In this document: positions 12,718 through 24,400 of the stretch, in pieces
Position numbering within the stretch: position 1 is the first letter of the stretch
Layout of the letters: every line of letters starts with the position of its first letter
From: Geosiphon pyriformis uo1
Lineage: Eukaryota; Fungi; Glomeromycota
Direction: 5' to 3'
Assembly (NCBI GenBank): GCA_016748015.1
Contig: JAAOMT010000599.1
Span: 310,001 to 374,000, forward strand
Length of the DNA stretch: 64,000 nt
Notes under the pieces: generated by a model
Told to the model about the DNA's origin: nothing
Databases searched by the model: none
Seen by the model: only the letters and a program-made list of their open reading frames with translations
Position numbers and translations under genes: made by a program

Positions 12718-15414
12718 AAATTTTTAAAAAAAATCAGGTGAAGCTTAACTAATATTAAAGACAGTCAAGTTTAAAATTAAAAAAAAAAAAATAGATTTTT
12801 TATTTGTACAAAAATAAAAGAACACATACACTGCGCTCCACATACAGATCTTTTCGGAAAAAAGAACGGAATTCACCTATTTTGTGTAGGATATTAGATC
12901 TCATTGACTAGGTTAAAAAAAAATCAATCAATCAATCAATCAACTATCGTAAAAACTTACAAGAAAAAGTGATAAAAAAAATTTATATCAAAGAGATTGA
13001 TGATTATGAAAACATAATGATCACAGAAAATCAAAAGATTTCAAAACTTAACATACCCAAAGAGAAAATCTTTTTAATTTTTTGTCAAAATTATCTTTTA
13101 AGTTAATACCTGAAATTACATGTTTACGAAAATAATACAAATAAAAAAAGTTTCAAATTAAATTTATCAAATAAAAGACAAAAAACAGCTAGGTCAAACC
13201 ATTTAAAATTTTATCTTATTAAGACCCCGCTTAAAGTTAAAAAAGACTACCATGTTCACCTAAATTTAGATTGATCAATTGGAATGACGCTTGTAAATAT
13301 TTGTCATTAATTTTTTTCTTCAAAGAAAATTCTTGCCTTTCTCAATCAAGTTAGTATATGATTTCTAAATTCCAAACGTGGGCCTAAACACGTTTTGAGG
13401 TAACAATGTTGGCTGGCTATTTGGAGGTTGTTATGAGAATGTTGATTCATGCAACAATAAATTATACCTGTTTCTTGTGTTTATTAGTGTTCAATATATA
13501 TTTTCATCACAAAGAAACCACTAGACAAATTGTAAACCTTTGAAGCTTTCTAATTTGAACATAAAATACTTTGATAAAAGATATATCATCACAAGAATTA
13601 ACTTAGATTTGGAAATAAGATTTGAATAAAATATAGATAATCAATCAATCAATCAATCAATCAATCTAAAGAACCTGTCTTTTTACAGGTATTTCAAAAA
13701 ATGCGTTTTTTTAACTGCAACTTCTTCCTTCGTTCGTTCATTCCTTCCTTCCTTCCTTCCTTCCTTTACAACCTTTGCACCATAAGTCTAGAATAAAACA
13801 AAATTCACTATTCTTGCTCATCCAAATAATAGATGATCCATCACAAGACCTTTGCGCCATTCTCTTGATGCATATCATCCTTTTCAGGAAAAACAACAAA
13901 GTTAAATTCACCAAGCTTTTCTTTTCCATAAGTCCATTTGGACTTTTCTTGCTTTTTTAAAAAATCAAATTAGCGAGACTAGGGAGACTAGAATTATACA
14001 ATCATACAAACAAATTCCAAACTGAAACTTATTCTAAAAAAGGTCTCCTTATGGAAATGTTATGGTTTTATGTCCTATAAACTATTAACATTTTTAATTG
14101 GGAAAATGTTTCAGGTATAATTTGTCTACAAAGCACAATTTTAAATCTTCACCAAAAGAGGGTTAATTGAAACTTTTGGTAATAATTAAGTGAAAGTCGA
14201 AAAATTAAAGTTCGAACCTAACCATGTTTTATAGGATTCACCATAATAAATGGTGGTTGTTTTTGATAGATTCGGAGTGACTATAAATAATAGTTCCCGT
14301 TACAAAAAAACACTACGGCCAATAGATTATTTCATTCTAATTTCTTTTTGCATTTCCTCTTTGGAATTGTAATTTTTCGTAGACTAATCTATTCAGAAAT
14401 GTTACGATAGTTTTTCGGCGTGTTTTTAGGCCATTGAACAATATCTTCGTCCGAACAGTCAGGATCTAAATTAAAAAGACCATTGTTTTGCATTGCATTG
14501 CATTGCATTGGAGTAATTCTCCCAAATACTTTAGCGTCAAGATTAACTAGTGTTTAAGTTTTCTCAATCTTTCTAGGAAAGAATTTCTTAGGTATGTGAG
14601 TCACATAGAAAACTTAGTTTTTAACAATCTTTTGACGCGTGACGTATACCGATTTTGAAAGGAATTACAGGGATCAAAAATCGTGATCGTGATGACTAAT
14701 AAATGAAATCTTTTCGATTAATTTATTTTTCCCGTTTTCGGAATATTTTTCACAATTACTTGTTTCACGATTTTTTCAAGTTATTTCTTCTCATTTTTCT
14801 CACTTTAATTCTCCAGCGATATATTCATTTGGTTTTCCAGGTTAAATGAAAGAACGGTCCCGTGATCGCGATTAACTATTTTGTTGGCACTGGAATTAGT
14901 CTCATCAAAATTTATTATTATTATTATTAATTCTTATGTCTTTAAGCTCAGAATATAATTTCGGGAGGCTAGATTAAATCATGGAGAGAATGGGCTGGTA
15001 AAAAAACGAAATCAAATTGTCGTTATAATGTTTCGTTGAGATAAGGATCAATGATAAATTCCGTGAATACAATTTATTATGATTATTTTGGTGTAATGCA
15101 GATAAAATGAACCATACACCAAATTCACCTTATCTTCTACATTTTACGCTTATGGCCACAATCTAAAAAGTATTTAATGCTTAATTGCGGAAACGATAAC
15201 AATAAGATGAAAGGTTTTCTTGTATTTATCGAGATCCCTACCAAGACCCTGAATATTTCAGTTGAAGGCAAATCTGATTAATAGGTTAATAAAATATCAC
15301 CAGGGAACCACACCATAATCCCATTACATTCAAAATAACCAAGTTGTAGTAGATATCACGCATAACGCGATATTGCTTTATTTTTACAAAAAAAATTTCA
15401 TGAAATACACATAT

Positions 15415-17657
15415 TCATTCATCTTCCCTCTTTTTATATGTCGGCTTTTTGGGAGTTGTAAAACAATCCGCAAAATAATTAATAGTACTTGGGGGTGGTG
15501 TTTGTCGGCCAACTCTTAAAAGTTCATCTAATAACGTATCTTCAGTAGCATCTTCCTTAACGTTATCCTCCTCAAATATATTTAGAGCTTGAATATTATT
15601 TTTTAATATCATCTGTATTAAATAAAATTGAAATATAGTAATTAGGAAATAATTTTAAATAATAATACAATTAAGTAATTTATTACCTTATATTGATATA
15701 CTGATATTAAAAATTTTAAGAAGGGCTTGAATTTATTAATAGAAAACCTACTCGATATTTCGTATAATGGGGGGTCTTTTTTGAAGATCGTTATCGATCC
15801 ACCTGCTCTCCACAGCCTACTGAATTGTATTTTTAATCCAAGATGTATGATTCCAAAAATTTGAATTTTACTTATTTTTTTATCATCGTAGTCAACAACC
15901 CTGATTAAATCTGCCAATATATCTCTTAAAGTCTTGGGCATTTTAAAGAATTCTTGAAGATATTTTTTGTCATGAACTCCAGCGAAAAATCTTGCATCCT
16001 CGATAGCACCCATTTCATGTAAATTTTCTATTAAATAAATAATGCCATCTATTTTTCGTCCCGTTAATTTTCTTCCTTTAGTTATTTTAGTGCGATTTTT
16101 TCTATTTGAACTCGCATAGGATCCTACTTCTGACCTAAAAAAATCAAAATAATATTATATTAAAATTATATCAATTTAATGGTTATAACAATCCAGAATG
16201 GTAAAAGAAAAAAACCTTTTAATGCTCGTTCCCAATCTCGAGTCGTTAAACGCAAAATCTATACAGGCCCCAAATAAGGCAATTGTATACCAGTACTCAT
16301 AGTGATTTCGTTGTAAAGGAGAATCATCATTTTCATATAAATTCACTATAGTTCTTATCGCCATGTGGATCCACTCCAAGTCATAGTGTTGATTATGATC
16401 ATAGGGAACATCCCTCGGCAGATACGACGTCATTATTGCCTCACGTAATTCTTTCAAATCCTTATTCCCATATTTTGACACTTCTTTTGCGATATCTAAC
16501 GGTACTACAGGAATACCCAACTGATCTTTTGTTAATTCTTTCCATTCTTCCTCGCTAAATAGCTCTCTGATCTCTTGATCATCATAATTTATGATATATG
16601 AGTGGGCATGACTGAAACACATACAGTATTAATATTATGAACTATGAAAAAATAAATCAAATCTTCTGAATACTTACTGCTCGTAATCACTATTCTTTAT
16701 ATAATTAAACAGAACTTCTTCAACCACCTTGCCAGAACTCAATTTTAACTTTGATGTCTCCGGTATCTTTTCGTATGCTTGACGAAATGCGTTCTTATCT
16801 ATTTTGGCACGAATATCTTTATCAACATCTCCGTTTCCACTACCAGTCTTATTCTCGTCATCATCATCATCATCATCTTCTTCTTCTTCTTCTTCTTCTT
16901 CGCTCTCGTAATTATCGTCAATATCATCATCTTCGTATTCAGATTCACTAATTGGTTTACGCTTCATGACTCGACTTGAATACTTCTCTGAGTCGTCTGT
17001 ACCATCATCTAGATATCTGAAAACACAGGCGAAATATGAACTCATTTGCAAAAACTCAAATTTCGTCATGGAGACCATACCTTGAAACGTGGTCAGAATA
17101 TATATCCGGTTCAGAATCGAAGGTTTTAATGTTTGATTCTACAGCACGAGCCTAGAAGAGTTTCCTATTAATTAAAATTGCAAATATTTATGACAATATT
17201 ATCACATCCAAGAAACCTGATTGTTTATCATCTTGTCTCCGTTCACGTAGTCACCCAAGACAACACTGGGTCCAGAGGTGGTCTTTTCTTTGCACTTGTA
17301 ATATGAGTTAATGACAGACTTTCGTAATTCCTGATAAAAGCAGTATGGTTAATAAAAAGCCTTGAACAGTTTTGGATTGTGTATGAAGCTCATTCAGTCT
17401 TATACCGTTGAGTAATGGTAGAGTTTCCTTGCATAAATTCGAATGCCCTTGTTTACAACTCCTTGATCGTGTTTCTCTATTCGTGAAAGCTCAGCATGAT
17501 AATTCGATCGGACAATGCTAGCAGGATACTGGTGAAACATGATATAGTTCTGAAGTGTCCAGTCTTTGGCAAACTGGAGTGAAAAAAAATCCGTCGTAGA
17601 AACCACATTCGAAGGAAGTTTATAGTGTTCGAGATTTCGTGGTAGTCTAGGCAGCAT
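15415..17657 (-). CDS. Seven-exon gene, 605 aa, with a C-terminal PD-(D/E)xK restriction-endonuclease-like domain (CRN/REase-type family expanded in Mucoromycota/Glomeromycotina). Exons: 17657-17406, 17330-17217, 17151-17081, 17016-16678, 16611-16216, 16134-15687, 15612-15415
   Basis: Six GT..AG introns (75, 65, 64, 66, 81, 74 nt) join five listed ORF fragments and two short unlisted exons into one 1818-nt frame. Motifs: LKLSSGKVVEEVL, YEHHAHSYII, RSEVGSYASSNRKN, GRKIDGII, EMGAIEDAR, FKMPKTLRDIL, IFGIIHLGL. The family assignment rests on motif recognition, not a search. Confidence 0.85.
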
Positions 17658-17671
17658 CGTAAAAGGTATTT

Positions 17672-17738
17672 ACGCGAATTGATTTTTCACGCCAATCAGA
17701 ATGGTTGTATCACCTGTTAATGATATGCAGAGTCGCGT
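17672..17738 (-). promoter_or_regulatory. Candidate proximal promoter of the REase-like gene (ACGCGA x2 plus a CCAAT box)
   Basis: acgcgaa at 17672-17678, ccaat at 17692-17696 and tcgcgt at 17733-17738, all within 85 bp of the ATG. Confidence 0.35.
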
Positions 17739-17864
17739 TTTTATAGAAAAATCTTGCAGATCATGTAGATCTGTTATTACATATATATATTGAACCTTAT
17801 TTTACTTTTTTCCCATCATCAGAACGCAACGACAGAATATATACTCAAATTGCTTCATGAAAAA

Positions 17865-18570
17865 ACATTCGAAAATTAAAAGAAACTGGAATCGTTGGTC
17901 GCCAAAAGGTAATGGCCATCCCAAAAAAATAACGCTTGTATTTCTAAAGCAATTAACCAATATTTAAGTCGAGATCCAGCCTACTCTTCTCGAAAAATTG
18001 CAACCAAATTGGTAGAGCAAGGCGTTGAAGTGTCTTATAGAACTTTTTCGAAGCATCTAGGTAGTTTAGGCTACAAAACTAACTTACCATCAGCAACCCC
18101 AGTGCTTACCAGTGCGCATGCAGTGTAACGTGTAGAATGGGCTCGAACTCACCTTAGCAATAATTGGAACCAAACCTTTTTTCAGATGAAATATCCTTCC
18201 AGTTATTCCAAAATACCATAAAACAAGGGCATAAAGAATCACGTCTCGTTCGTCCGATCGTGTAAAAATTTTTGGTTGAGTGGATTTTGCGCAAAGGGAA
18301 AAACGAGTCTGTTCTGTCTCCAGCAAATAATGGGCTCTTATTATTTTGAAATTTTGCAGAAACACCTACCTGAGATCTAAAGAATGCGAGATGTGTCTGG
18401 CGCTTCCAGCAAGATAATGATCCTAAACATACTAGTCGTGTCGCTAAGGCAATTCCTTCAGCCCAATATCCCTGAAGTTATTGACTGGCCATCTAATAGT
18501 CCCGATCTTAACCCATTGAGTATAGTCAAGAAGAACGGTGAAAGACGGCAGCCAAAAAATCTTGCAAGTG
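17865..18570 (+). mobile_element. Decayed Tc1/mariner transposase (frameshifted pseudogene)
   Basis: Fragments in changing frames: NIRKLKETG..GNGHPKKIT, RKIATKLVEQGVEVSYRTFSKHLGSLGY, WNQTFFSDE (first D), WRFQQDNDPKHTSR (second D), PEVIDWPSNSPDLNP. The following IENxW with the catalytic E is deleted. No TIRs found. Confidence 0.9.
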
Positions 18571-18663
18571 TTCCGGTTACAGTGTTTAAACTATAACAGA
18601 TTATCGAAATATTGTGCAATAAAAAAAGGAGAAAACTTCATCCCACATGCCAGACACTAGGGA

Positions 18664-18884
18664 TCAGCCTCTGGCTCTGGCGACAAACCGGCTGCAAGGA
18701 TACTCATTGGCTTTGGCTCCGGCGACAATAACTGCCTCAGTGGTAGTCGCCTTTGGTATCCTGTTGCCCTTTTTGTTTGAGCGGCAGGTCAGCCTTTGGC
18801 TCCGGCGACAAACCGGCTGCAAGGATGCTCATTGGCTTTGGCTCCGGCGACAACAACTACCTCGATGAGGTAGTCGCCTTTGGT
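18664..18884. repeat. GC-rich imperfect direct duplication (units of about 95 bp, period 125 bp) with internal TTTGGCTCCGGCGACAA subrepeats
   Basis: tcagcct(c/t)tggctc(t/c)ggcgacaaaccggctgcaaggat(a/g)ctcattggctttggctccggcgacaa...gtagtcgcctttggt at 18664-18757 and 18789-18884. Confidence 0.9.
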
Positions 18885-19949
18885 GTCTTTTTCCTGCTGC
18901 TTCTGCATTATGGATGACAGTGTAACATGCTGCAGCCTTTAACTACATCTGTCAGATAAGTTATGTCATTTGAATACTCCATCTGATTCTATAACGCCTG
19001 TTATCCTTAATAATGGTTGGCTTCTTTATTTCTGAGTTATATCTAATAAAGAACAGTGTTTGCACAGGTACATAAATTATACTGTTATACATTCTTCATG
19101 GCAACACATCCTGATGGTGCTTTTTCTGATTCATATTAGTATTACAATGTAGGAACATCTGGGAGAATAGTTTGAGCGACCCCATTGACACATGAGCTGC
19201 TAGAGCGTCTGGAATCTTGACTCAAGGTTAGATATATTTTTCAACAAGTCAGTGATTTGTTATATATATATATATATGAAGACAAATAGTAAAAAGGCGG
19301 GAAGCAGACCAATACATATACTGGCTGCAATCACATTGACGAACCCATCAGAAATCCGATAATACTGCTGCATGTTATTTCTTTGCTCTGTTATGATATC
19401 TTCTAAACGAGATTTTTCGCTGTAAACAGGTACGGATTGGCTGAGCGGAGGACATTGTCCCACACTCATTTCATGGCGAATCGAAGAAATTCAGCGATGT
19501 ATAACTTCATATGACTAATTCTGTCAGCGCCTCTAAAAAACATCTTATCTCCTCTACTATAAGCCCGACAATACAGACGATCCCAGTTCATTGTACGTCA
19601 ACGCTATATTATGGAGTGGCTAATGAAACAAGACGGGAGTTAGTATAAGCGCGAAAAATGCAAATAGCCATTGCTATCTCACGTATCGGCATCGTTCTCA
19701 TGTCATGAGCCAAATTCCATTTAATTTACCTTCCTAAACTCCCAAACACCGAAGCCATCATGATCCAGAGCACAAGTTCATTTCAGAAGATTTTATGCAG
19801 ATATTGGTAGAGGGACTTATTGAACTTTGTTATCATTCTGAAGATTTGCCCTTCAAAATAGTGAAGGGGTTGATCATTCATAACAATCCATTTAATCCAA
19901 AAACTACCTCATCTACTCGTCTATTAATTTAAACCTTTTGACAAAAATA

Positions 19950-21450
19950 AAGCTTTGATCTTAGATTTTACTTTTGTTATGTCTTTTTAATAATATTGTG
20001 TAAAATTAATTAAAAGTATTTATAATTATAAAAAAACATGTAATTTTTTTCTAAATTAAATTGTATGTTATATAATTTAAATATATGTTATTATAACGCT
20101 TTAATTAAAAAAATTAATAAAATAAATGCTTATTATAAAAATTATTAATTTATATCAAAATATTAATATTACTAATAATACAATTAAAAAAATATTTAAA
20201 AAAAATTTGGATATTATTTGTAAAAACAATTAAAAAAACAATCCAAATATATATTTATTATTATTGTTATTAATAAAATGTGGTTTATTCTAGTTACATA
20301 AAGTTATTATAGATGTAGATCATGTATTTTTGACATGTGATCAGCTATTCGATTCAAATATTTGTTTTTTATATTATTATAAATTCAAATAACAAGTTAA
20401 TAAATAGCAAAAGTTTAAACAAAAAATTAAATATATAAGTAATTTAATCAATATAACTAGATTTAAATCTGAAAGTAAAAAAATTATTTTTTAATTTGCT
20501 TTACAATTTTAAAACAGTATTTGCAGTGTTTTTTAAACTACAAACAAAATAATTGTTTTAGATTGTTGTTATTAATAAAATTTACATGTAATAATACTTT
20601 TTAGATCTTAATTAAAACAATATTATTTATTGCTAATTTTAAATAAAACTTCTAATTTGGTTTTTATAATGTTAAAAAATTAGAAAATTTTATTATTAAG
20701 AAATATATTAATAAAATTAAAAAAATCTAATTTTAAAACTTAAAAATAATATTAAAAAATACAAATAAAAAGCAAATAAAAAACATTAAAAGACATTAAT
20801 ATTTAAAATAAATAATAAAATATAATTTTTATAAAAAATATTAAATTAGTACAGTTTTATAAAAAGTAAAAAAATAACTGAAATATTTAATTACTCAAAA
20901 AGAGTATTTATTTTGAAAACAACTTAAGATATGTTAATAGTGTTATAAATGTATTAAAATTAGTTTTATGTCTGGTATCTTAATAAATTTGTTTCAATTA
21001 AAAAACATTGTTTAAAAAATAATAATACTACAAACATATAAAATATCATGAAATTTTAAATTATTTTAGAATATTTCAGTCATCTTACAAATTCAGTTAA
21101 AAAAAATTGATTAAATCTAATTCAGTTCTTTAAACAGATTAATACCAGTTATAGAATTATAGCTTAAATAGTCTTATTTTTTTGTTTTCTTGAATTTATT
21201 TACTCCAGTAACTCTTGCTTTTTTACTTGTACAAATCTTAACACAAACATCAAGTTCATATTACAAAAACAAATTTTAAACAATATTAATTAAAGAAAAC
21301 TTTGTTTTTAATATTATTGTAAAATATACAATTGAATCACAAAGTTTTTTTTAATTTAAAATTGTTTTTTAAAGCATTATAAATTCATTTACAATATCCA
21401 TAAAACTTTATTTAAAAGCATTTCAACACTAATTGCTATTTTGATAAAAC
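19950..21450. other. Ultra-AT-rich, CpG-depleted block (probable erased repeat)
   Basis: Almost no CpG and very little G/C; sharp transition from the GC-richer island; not a simple tandem repeat. Confidence 0.5.
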
Positions 21451-24400
21451 TGGTGCAGATTTTTGAAGTTACTTTAAATTTAAGAAAATAAGTGAAAAAA
21501 TTGATTTTGCTGTGCTTGATTTCTTTGTAATTGAGTATTTAAGTCAAATGGGAGAACAAAGATAGAAAAGAAAAAGCTTTTAACAGACAAAGTAACCAAA
21601 AATGCAGGTAGATTTGGCTATTAAGTATTTTTTATTTTTAGTAGATTTATCGAAATTCATTCTTATTGCTACCCACGAGACCAAAAAAACATCTTTATCT
21701 CTTAGATTGAAATAATGCGGACGCTGCTCAATTAAAAAAAAATTTCTTGGATAAATATTGCTATTGATTCTTGGTACCTTCCCTTTTATTCAATTTTACT
21801 TTGTTAATACTAATTTTTGTGCTCAAAAGTAAGAAGTGAAAACATAAATGGTAATTAGATTTTATCGAAACCCTAAAAAGAAATGACGAAAAAAAATATG
21901 GGCCTAAGAAAAATCTGTGGCACTTGGGAAATTATGATCCCTGAAATTTGTTCGTGGCGCCAGTGTTCATTTTATCTGGTTTTGTTTACAGCATGCCCCA
22001 TATTATGATCAATATCAAGTTTAGATTTCACCTTTTCAACGAAATCTGAAACTTAGAAATAGACCCTGACTTCCAACATGAAAACTCATATCTAGAACTT
22101 ATATAGCTGAAAATTATTTTGGGTAACAAAAAAAAATCAAGAGTTCAAATATTTCCCAGATAGTAAAGCATATGAAATCAAATAGGAACTATTTAAAACA
22201 TTACAATAAAGTGTAAACAAACTGCGTAAATTGACAGATAAATATCAACCCCTTTTTTGAATAGGAAAAATTACCCAAAAGGTGAATTAAAGAATGACTG
22301 TGAAATTTTTAACTTTGAAATTTATAGATCTTATGTTAGAATTGCGTGATCTACTAACTTAAAGAACAACATTTTGAAAGTCTTTTTTTCTTAGATTTTC
22401 ATTTAATTTGTCATTTGAATTAATTTCTTTTTCTTATAAACAAATGGACTAAATGGTCCCGTTCTAGGTGTTCACTTGAAGCGTAAATTGCCAACACTTG
22501 ATGATCATTTGATATTTTTCCGGTGGAAAACTTTATTAGGCAATACCATAACCTAAAATCTAATCTTATAAGTAATTGTGATTAGTTTTGAGTGATAGTA
22601 CCAGGAATCACATTTTTCGAATCATCCATAAATTAGTGATTCTATGATGAGTAGGTTGTGTACACTCTCGAAAAGCCTATCATAAAAAGAACAATCCACA
22701 TCATGCATCAGATCGTTCCAGATCCCACTCATTAGATAATCAACCTGTCACACAAACTTCGGGTATTGTTCTTTTTTGTCCTAAGCATGGATTTGGATTT
22801 TCGGTTTTTTGGTAAATAACAATCCCCATATAAGCGAAAAAAATTATAATGTTTACTGCGCAGAATATAAAATTTTGGAAGTTCGACAAGCTAGTTTCTG
22901 CAGTCTTAAAATTCTACGCTTGGAATTTTTGCCAAAATGGGTGATATTAATTTTAGGCTTTTTAAATTCATCATGGACAAAAAAGTTGACTTGTTCAAAT
23001 CTTAGTTTGGTAATAATTATATGGAATCGATAAATTTAATTTCACAGATGACGATTTTTACAATTTTTTTTAAATTTATTTAAAAAATTTAATGAGGAAA
23101 TAATTTAAGCGTCTCTCAAAAATTCGTGGGTAATTATGATTGGGCTATCAATAAAAAATCTTTCTTTTGTATAGCAAATATATTGCTTGCATTTGTTTGA
23201 GTTTATTTTTGATATATTTTTGAGCTGAATAATTGAAAACGAAATAAGTTAATAATAAATTGAATCTTTTAAATATCTTAAATCAACTCAATAATTTAAA
23301 CTTTCACTCATCTAAAATCAAAAACAATTAATCCTAATTGTAGTTATAAATATTGTATGTTTATATTTAATATTGGTGAGGATTTTTATGTAAAAAATAT
23401 ATTCAAAAAATATATTTTTACAAAAATATGTTTAAAATGATTTCAAGAAATTAGAAAATAAAATAAAAATGATTTTTAATTGTTGCACATATTAAATTGG
23501 AACAAAAAAATTATTATTATTTTTCAATAGTTTTTTTGAAAATTTATTTTTTAATTATTTGAGAGTTTTTCGTGTTCATTATTTATTCAAAAATTATTGC
23601 ATATGTCAAAAATATTTTTTTAAAAATATATTATTGAAAATAATTTATTATAAAGAAATTCAAAAAAAAAGAGTATTTGATTTTTAAGATAATTTATTAT
23701 TTTTGAATTATATCTGAATTTTTAAAATTAATTCTTTTGAATGAAATAAAAAAATTATCATTTACAAGATTTTTTTTAAATGAACTATTTCTTTATAAAT
23801 TTAGTATAATTATAAAAAAATTACTTTCAAGCTTGTATTTCAATTGATGTAAAATTTCCAGTTTATTTTTGAAAATTAACTCTTTAGTTTGACTTTACAT
23901 TTCCATCATCAATAAGAAATCTATTCAAAATTAAATGATTATGCTAAAATTAATGAAAATAGAAAATTTAGAATTCATAGGAAATGAAGATCAAAAAATA
24001 GAAAAAAAAAAGCAAATTCAGATGCATACTTCAATTCGAATTGCACTTCTCTCGATAAATCAACCATTAAAAATTAATTAATTGAACTTTACTTGATAAT
24101 AAAATATTATGTGATTCATGTTATGTTCCGAGACAATTATTATTGTGATTAAAGTTTGTAAATCATATTGCGCAACTTGTGGAGCGCAAAAATTTACTAT
24201 AACTCATATAGGTTTGAAATTATTCTTTCGAATAGAATTATCCTGAATCTTTGCTTTGTTTATTCAAATATTAGATTTCTTTTGGTTGAGCCTGGACTTT
24301 TTTTCCTCACGATTCACTTGGTTTTCTATTTTTATCATTATTATAAATTAAATAATTTCAAGAAAAAATAATAAAATATCTAGACTTTTAATGATTCAAT

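Noticed and set aside
13738-13975. Short ORFs or a possible orphan exon (QEKSKWTYGKEKLGEFNFVVFPE, minus strand)
   Set aside because: No start exon or recognisable homology can be supported.
16751-16979. Plus-strand poly-H/L and poly-I/F ORFs
   Set aside because: Antisense shadows of the acidic exon of the REase-like gene.
17165-17216. Nearer AG acceptor at 17165 for intron 2 of the REase-like gene
   Set aside because: It leads to an in-frame TAA after 12 codons; the acceptor at 17152 keeps the frame open.
18664-18884. CRISPR-like repeat-spacer appearance
   Set aside because: The 'spacers' are themselves duplicated, there are only two units, the context is eukaryotic and no cas genes are present.
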